Notes under the pieces: generated by a model
Databases searched by the model: none
The model's input: only the letters and a program-made list of their open reading frames with translations
Told to the model about the DNA's origin: nothing
Origin: Elusimicrobiales bacterium
GTDB lineage: Bacteria > Elusimicrobiota > Elusimicrobia > Elusimicrobiales > UBA9959
Reading direction: 5' to 3'
DNA length: 64,000 nucleotides
NCBI GenBank assembly: GCA_038204165.1
Contig: JBBRDG010000003.1
Span: forward strand, 929-64,928
Translations under genes and position numbers: made by a program
Shown: positions 60,872 through 64,000 of the stretch, in pieces
How positions within the stretch are numbered: position 1 is the first letter of the stretch
Layout: each line of letters starts with the position of its first letter

Positions 60872-61633
60872 CTAAATCCTTACATTGTTTCTGCGTATAC
60901 CGGCACGGGTGAGCGCGAAGTCATACTTCACCGGGTCCGCCGGCTCGATCCTTCGGAAAAAAGCGGTTATCTCGGCGGCGGTCTTCATTGAAGTGTCCTT
61001 CCTGCGCGTGATCCCTGCGTTCATGGAAACTTGCCGCATGTGGGTGTCGAGCGGGATCAGCAGTTTGGCCGGGGAGACTCCCTTCCACACCCCCGGGTCC
61101 ACGGAATCATTGCGGACCATCCAGCGCAGGAAGAGGTTGAGTCTCTTGAAGGAACTCTTGTGCTCCGGGCAGGGGGTTAGCGAGGGCGCGCAGCCTAGCG
61201 CATTGAAAGCGTTTATGAACTTGTAGAGCGCCTCTTCCACCGTGGGGGCGGCCGGGTCGTAGCCCAGCAGGAAAAGTTTCTCCAGCGAACCGTGTTTTTC
61301 TCTGGCCTGCTTGATGTTCTGCAGGAAGACCGCCATTTCGGAGCCGGTGGTGAAGCGGTGCTTGAACGCGGTGAAGGTTTTTTTAATAAGAGCCTTGTCG
61401 GCTTTCTTCAGCCAGGCCGCGGGGGACGGGCCCATCGGGCCGAGCACTTTCTCCACGCTCTTGAGGATCTGCGTAACGTTGCCGTAGGCCAGGCAGCCCG
61501 CCACCAGTCCCGCTATCTCCCGGTCGGCTCCGCTCTTGTAGCGCCAGACGAATTCAAGCGGGTCGGGGTGGATGAACTCCGGCCTGTTGAAATCCTTGTA
61601 AGTCTTCTCTAATTCGGTCTTGGTTGGCAGCAT
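60872..61633 (-). CDS. TIGR02757/DUF2400-family protein (HhH-GPD-like fold)
   Basis: 253 aa. The FIHPDPLEFV and GLVAGCLAYGN motifs match my recollection of DUF2400; not verified by search. Confidence 0.5.
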   Translation of the reverse strand: MLPTKTELEKTYKDFNRPEFIHPDPLEFVWRYKSGADREIAGLVAGCLAYGNVTQILKSVEKVLGPMGPSPAAWLKKADKALIKKTFTAFKHRFTTGSEMAVFLQNIKQAREKHGSLEKLFLLGYDPAAPTVEEALYKFINAFNALGCAPSLTPCPEHKSSFKRLNLFLRWMVRNDSVDPGVWKGVSPAKLLIPLDTHMRQVSMNAGITRRKDTSMKTAAEITAFFRRIEPADPVKYDFALTRAGIRRNNVRI

Positions 61634-61639
61634 AGGTGG

Positions 61640-61668
61640 ATTATAGCCGTAAAAACGTACGTTGTGAA
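61640..61668 (-). promoter_or_regulatory. Sigma70 promoter abutting the DUF2400 start codon
   Basis: On the minus strand: TTCACA (61668-61663), a 17-nt spacer, TATAAT (61645-61640), then 6 nt (CCACCT) and the ATG (61633-61631). Confidence 0.55.
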
Positions 61669-61710
61669 GAGGGCTGGGGGAGAGCGGCCCGCCGCCAGCC
61701 TTTATTTAGC

Positions 61711-62139
61711 TCAAATTTTCTTCGGTACTTGTTTCTTGCCACGTTTCGCTAAGTCCGAGATCTTTTGGTTCAACACAACCTCGAACCGATGATTGGTTTC
61801 CTCAAGGAAGCGGCCCAGCATGCAGGCGCGGCCCAGGCAGACCTTGGCCTTCATAAGGCAGTTGTGCGTAGAGTGGGGGGCGTCTATGGCTCCTATGAAA
61901 TCCCGTACGCTCGCTTTTTTACCGGCGGCGGAAAGTTCGAACCCGCCTTTGGGCCCGCGCGCCGGCCGTATTAGCCCGGCACGGGTAAGCTGCTGCAGCA
62001 CCTTGGAAAGGTGATTGTAGGAAACGTTCAGGTCGTCCGCTATGGTGGCCGCGGAGCTTAGCCCTTTGCGACAGGCGAGGTAGTCGGCGGCGTGCAGCGC
62101 TATGGCCGCTGCTTCCGAGATGTTAACAATGCTGTGCAT
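61711..62139 (-). CDS. Rrf2-family transcriptional regulator (probable Fe-S cluster binding)
   Basis: 142 aa. N-terminal wHTH (SYNHLSKVLQQLTRAGLIRPARGPKGGFEL) and a Cys triad C-x6-C-x4-C (NCLMKAKVCLGRAC). Confidence 0.85.
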   Translation of the reverse strand: MHSIVNISEAAAIALHAADYLACRKGLSSAATIADDLNVSYNHLSKVLQQLTRAGLIRPARGPKGGFELSAAGKKASVRDFIGAIDAPHSTHNCLMKAKVCLGRACMLGRFLEETNHRFEVVLNQKISDLAKRGKKQVPKKI

Positions 62140-62168
62140 GTTGGTCGTCCTTAAGGTAATGTGGTACT

Positions 62169-62197
62169 ACTATACCAGAACATGCCGGTTCTGTCAA
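62169..62197 (-). promoter_or_regulatory. Promoter of rrf2 with an inverted repeat in the spacer
   Basis: On the minus strand: TTGACA (62197-62192), a 17-nt spacer containing CAGAAC-cggcat-GTTCTG, and TATAGT (62174-62169). SD AAGGA precedes the ATG. Confidence 0.6.
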
Positions 62198-62219
62198 GTT
62201 CTGCGTCAGCGGTGGGGGG

Positions 62220-63326
62220 TCAGTGCTGCGCGGCTGCGGGGAAATAAATGGTAAAGACCGCGCCGCCCTCGGGGCGGTTGGCGGCGAAAATATGGCCGTT
62301 GTTCTGGTGTACTATGCCGTATACGGTGGAAAGGCCCAGACCTGTTCCCTTGCCTTTGGGTTTGGTGGTGAAAAAGGGCTCGAAGATGCGCGGCAGGACC
62401 TGTTTGGGGATGCCTGGACCGGTATCGGAGATCTCGAACGCTGCGTAGCGGCCGGCCGGCATAGAAGAGGGCAGTCCTTCAGGGCCGGCGTTGAACGTGC
62501 GGACCATAATCCCGCCGGTACCGTTCATCGCGTCCCTGGAATTGACCGCCAGGTTCATGATGGATTGCTTGAAGTGCTCCGCCTCCAGCTTTACCTGCGC
62601 CAGGTCTTCTTCCAACGAATAGGTCACGCTGATATTGCGGCCCAGAAGTTTGTCGAAAAGGATTTTCATCTCCCGGACAGGTTCATTTAGCTGGGTGACT
62701 ACCGGGTTGGACTCTTGCCTGCGCGCGAAAATAAGGAGCTGCTTGATAAGGTTTGCGGACTCCCTGGAAGACCGCAAGGTTTCCGTGGCCAGCTTGAGAG
62801 CAACGCTGTCAGGCTTGAGTTCTTCGGAGATGAGCTCCATGGAACCTATTACTATGGTCAGGAGGTTGTTGAAGTCGTGGGCAAGCTGTCCGGCCAGCAG
62901 GCCCATTGATTCCATTTTTTGGCTGTGCGAAAGCTGCGCTTCCAGCTGTTCTTCCCGGGCGATGTCGTGGCGTACCGCCAGGAAGGACTTAATCTTTCCG
63001 TCGGGGCCGGTGATGGGCGTGATTCTGACCTCTTCGGCGTAGAGCGCTCCGTTCTTGTGTCGGTTCACGAGGCGGCCGCTCCAGTGCCGGCCCGCCTTAA
63101 TGGTCGTCCACATTTCCGCGTAAAATTCAGCGGTATTTTCGCCGCTCTTAAGGATGCTGGGTTTCTTCCCAATAACCTCTTCACGGGAATAGCCGCTTAA
63201 CCGCTCGAACCCCGGGTTTACATAAAGGATAGTGCCGTCGGGTGCGGTAAGGAAAAAGGTTTCTTCGGTTTGCTCTATGGCTTCTAGCAGAATGGCACTG
63301 GTTTCGGTAGAGATTCCCATGGGCAT
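62220..63326 (-). CDS. Cytoplasmic PAS-domain sensor histidine kinase
   Basis: 368 aa. PAS ([21 protein letters not shown]), H-box [10 protein letters not shown]-boxes DTGPGI and [11 protein letters not shown]. No TM helix. Confidence 0.88.
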   Translation of the reverse strand: MPMGISTETSAILLEAIEQTEETFFLTAPDGTILYVNPGFERLSGYSREEVIGKKPSILKSGENTAEFYAEMWTTIKAGRHWSGRLVNRHKNGALYAEEVRITPITGPDGKIKSFLAVRHDIAREEQLEAQLSHSQKMESMGLLAGQLAHDFNNLLTIVIGSMELISEELKPDSVALKLATETLRSSRESANLIKQLLIFARRQESNPVVTQLNEPVREMKILFDKLLGRNISVTYSLEEDLAQVKLEAEHFKQSIMNLAVNSRDAMNGTGGIMVRTFNAGPEGLPSSMPAGRYAAFEISDTGPGIPKQVLPRIFEPFFTTKPKGKGTGLGLSTVYGIVHQNNGHIFAANRPEGGAVFTIYFPAAAQH

Positions 63327-63419
63327 ATTGTAGCAAAACTTTCATTGAGCGCAGACAAGAACTGTTAACAGGTTTTTCAAAAAATGCTATTATTAAAAGC
63401 GCAGTACTTACCACCTTTT

Positions 63420-63491
63420 GCCGCGGTAGCTCAGTGGTAGAGCACTGGTCTGAAAAACCAGGTGTCGTTGGTTCGATCCCAACCCGCGGCA
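63420..63491 (+). tRNA. tRNA-Phe (GAA)
   Basis: Hand-folded cloverleaf: acceptor GCCGCGG/CCGCGGC, D arm GCTC-AGTGGTA-GAGC, anticodon arm CTGGT-CTGAAAA-ACCAG (anticodon GAA), variable GTGTC, T arm GTTGG-TTCGATC-CCAAC, discriminator A. CCA is not encoded. Confidence 0.93.
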
Positions 63492-63562
63492 AATTCTTTT
63501 TAAAGCCAAGGCTAGCGTCAGATTCACTCCCTCGTTTTTAATCCTCTGTCCTGTTTAACTAT

Positions 63563-63934
63563 ATGCCTCTTCACAATAAAATCCTTATCGCCGACGATGA
63601 TACCGAAATGCTTGAGATCCTCAGCGCCATGCTCGAGGAGGAAGGCTACGCCATCATACGCGCGGAGAACGGGCAGGAAGCCGTGGACCTGGCCCGCAAG
63701 GAATTGCCGGCCCTGGTCATGTTGGACATCCACATGCCCAAGATGGACGGCCTGACCGCCTGTAAGGAAATCAAGTCCGACAAAGTCACCAAGGGCGTGC
63801 CTGTGGTGATGCTGACCGTAGAGGGCAGCATAAACGAAATCCAGCAGGCCATTAGCTACGGCGCCAAGACCTATATAACCAAGCCTTCAAGCAAGGCCGA
63901 GATCCTGAAAGTGGTAAACAGCATACTTTACTAG
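63563..63934 (+). CDS. Single-domain (CheY-like) response regulator receiver
   Basis: 123 aa with ADDD, phospho-acceptor LDIHMPKMDG, and the conserved T and K (KP). Confidence 0.9.
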   Translation: MPLHNKILIADDDTEMLEILSAMLEEEGYAIIRAENGQEAVDLARKELPALVMLDIHMPKMDGLTACKEIKSDKVTKGVPVVMLTVEGSINEIQQAISYGAKTYITKPSSKAEILKVVNSILY

Positions 63935-63956
63935 GGTTCCCCGCGTTAGCGGGAAA

Positions 63957-63991
63957 TAAAAAAACCGGGGCCGTGAGGCTCCGGTTTTTTT
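63957..63991 (+). terminator. Rho-independent terminator
   Basis: A-tract + ACCGGGGCC / GGCTCCGGT stem (one mismatch) + T7. Confidence 0.75.
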
Positions 63992-64000
63992 ATGCTTCCT

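Noticed and set aside
63420-63491. tRNA-Phe as an integration hotspot / genomic-island boundary
   Set aside because: There is no integrase, no direct repeat of the tRNA 3' end, and no mobile gene within the visible flanks. The neighbours are an ordinary PAS kinase and a receiver protein.
1-64000. CRISPR arrays, transposons, prophage or toxin-antitoxin modules
   Set aside because: By eye I found no spaced direct-repeat array, no transposase, integrase, recombinase or phage structural ORF, and no small paired TA-like genes. Intergenic gaps are short and are accounted for by promoters and terminators.

Overview
A GC-rich, densely packed bacterial chromosomal segment with about 57 protein genes, one tRNA, and no rRNA, CRISPR array, transposase or integrase. 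All calls rest on reading motifs in the supplied translations and the DNA; no homology search was run. The content points to an anaerobic diderm: Lol lipoprotein export, OM beta-barrel proteins, rubredoxin, desulfoferrodoxin, rubrerythrin.

Main blocks:
- 1-9.2 kb: lolCD, mcsAB, an exported GH13 amylase, and an envelope module (PIG-L deacetylase, MraY/WecA-type transferase, dipeptide epimerase, OMP).
- 9.4-27.1 kb: one long co-directional gene string. It holds histidine catabolism (fused formiminotransferase-cyclodeaminase, hutH, hutU, hutI), a long acyl-CoA dehydrogenase with EtfBA (EtfA carries a ferredoxin domain), and an inserted signalling module (HAMP kinase, CHASE2 class III cyclase, DUF3307, DEDDh exonuclease, YajQ).
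- 29.1-49.5 kb: a molybdenum-hydroxylase / N-heterocycle catabolic island. It contains ssnA, a fused DPD-like flavoenzyme, an unknown Cys-motif protein, an 8-oxoguanine-deaminase-like amidohydrolase, mocA, a permease, a second cyclase, xdhC, a ThiF/MoeB E1, xdhAB, moaD, and a second three-subunit XDH-family enzyme.
- 49.8-54.6 kb: an OM protein plus two exported TldD/PmbA paralogues.
- 54.7-58.5 kb: glutamine synthetase, rhodanese, GT39.
- 58.6-62.2 kb: an Rrf2-headed oxidative-stress cluster that includes a 53-aa rubredoxin absent from the ORF track.
- 62.2-64 kb: PAS kinase, tRNA-Phe, orphan receiver.

Most interesting:
- The E1 / ubiquitin-like sulfur-carrier pair bracketing xdhAB next to xdhC.
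- The hypothetical/DPD-like/SsnA operon.
- A promoter-to-terminator ~80-nt sRNA candidate whose palindromic -35 element recurs at an orphan Cys-rich secreted protein.
- Several consensus promoters that abut start codons, suggesting leaderless mRNAs.
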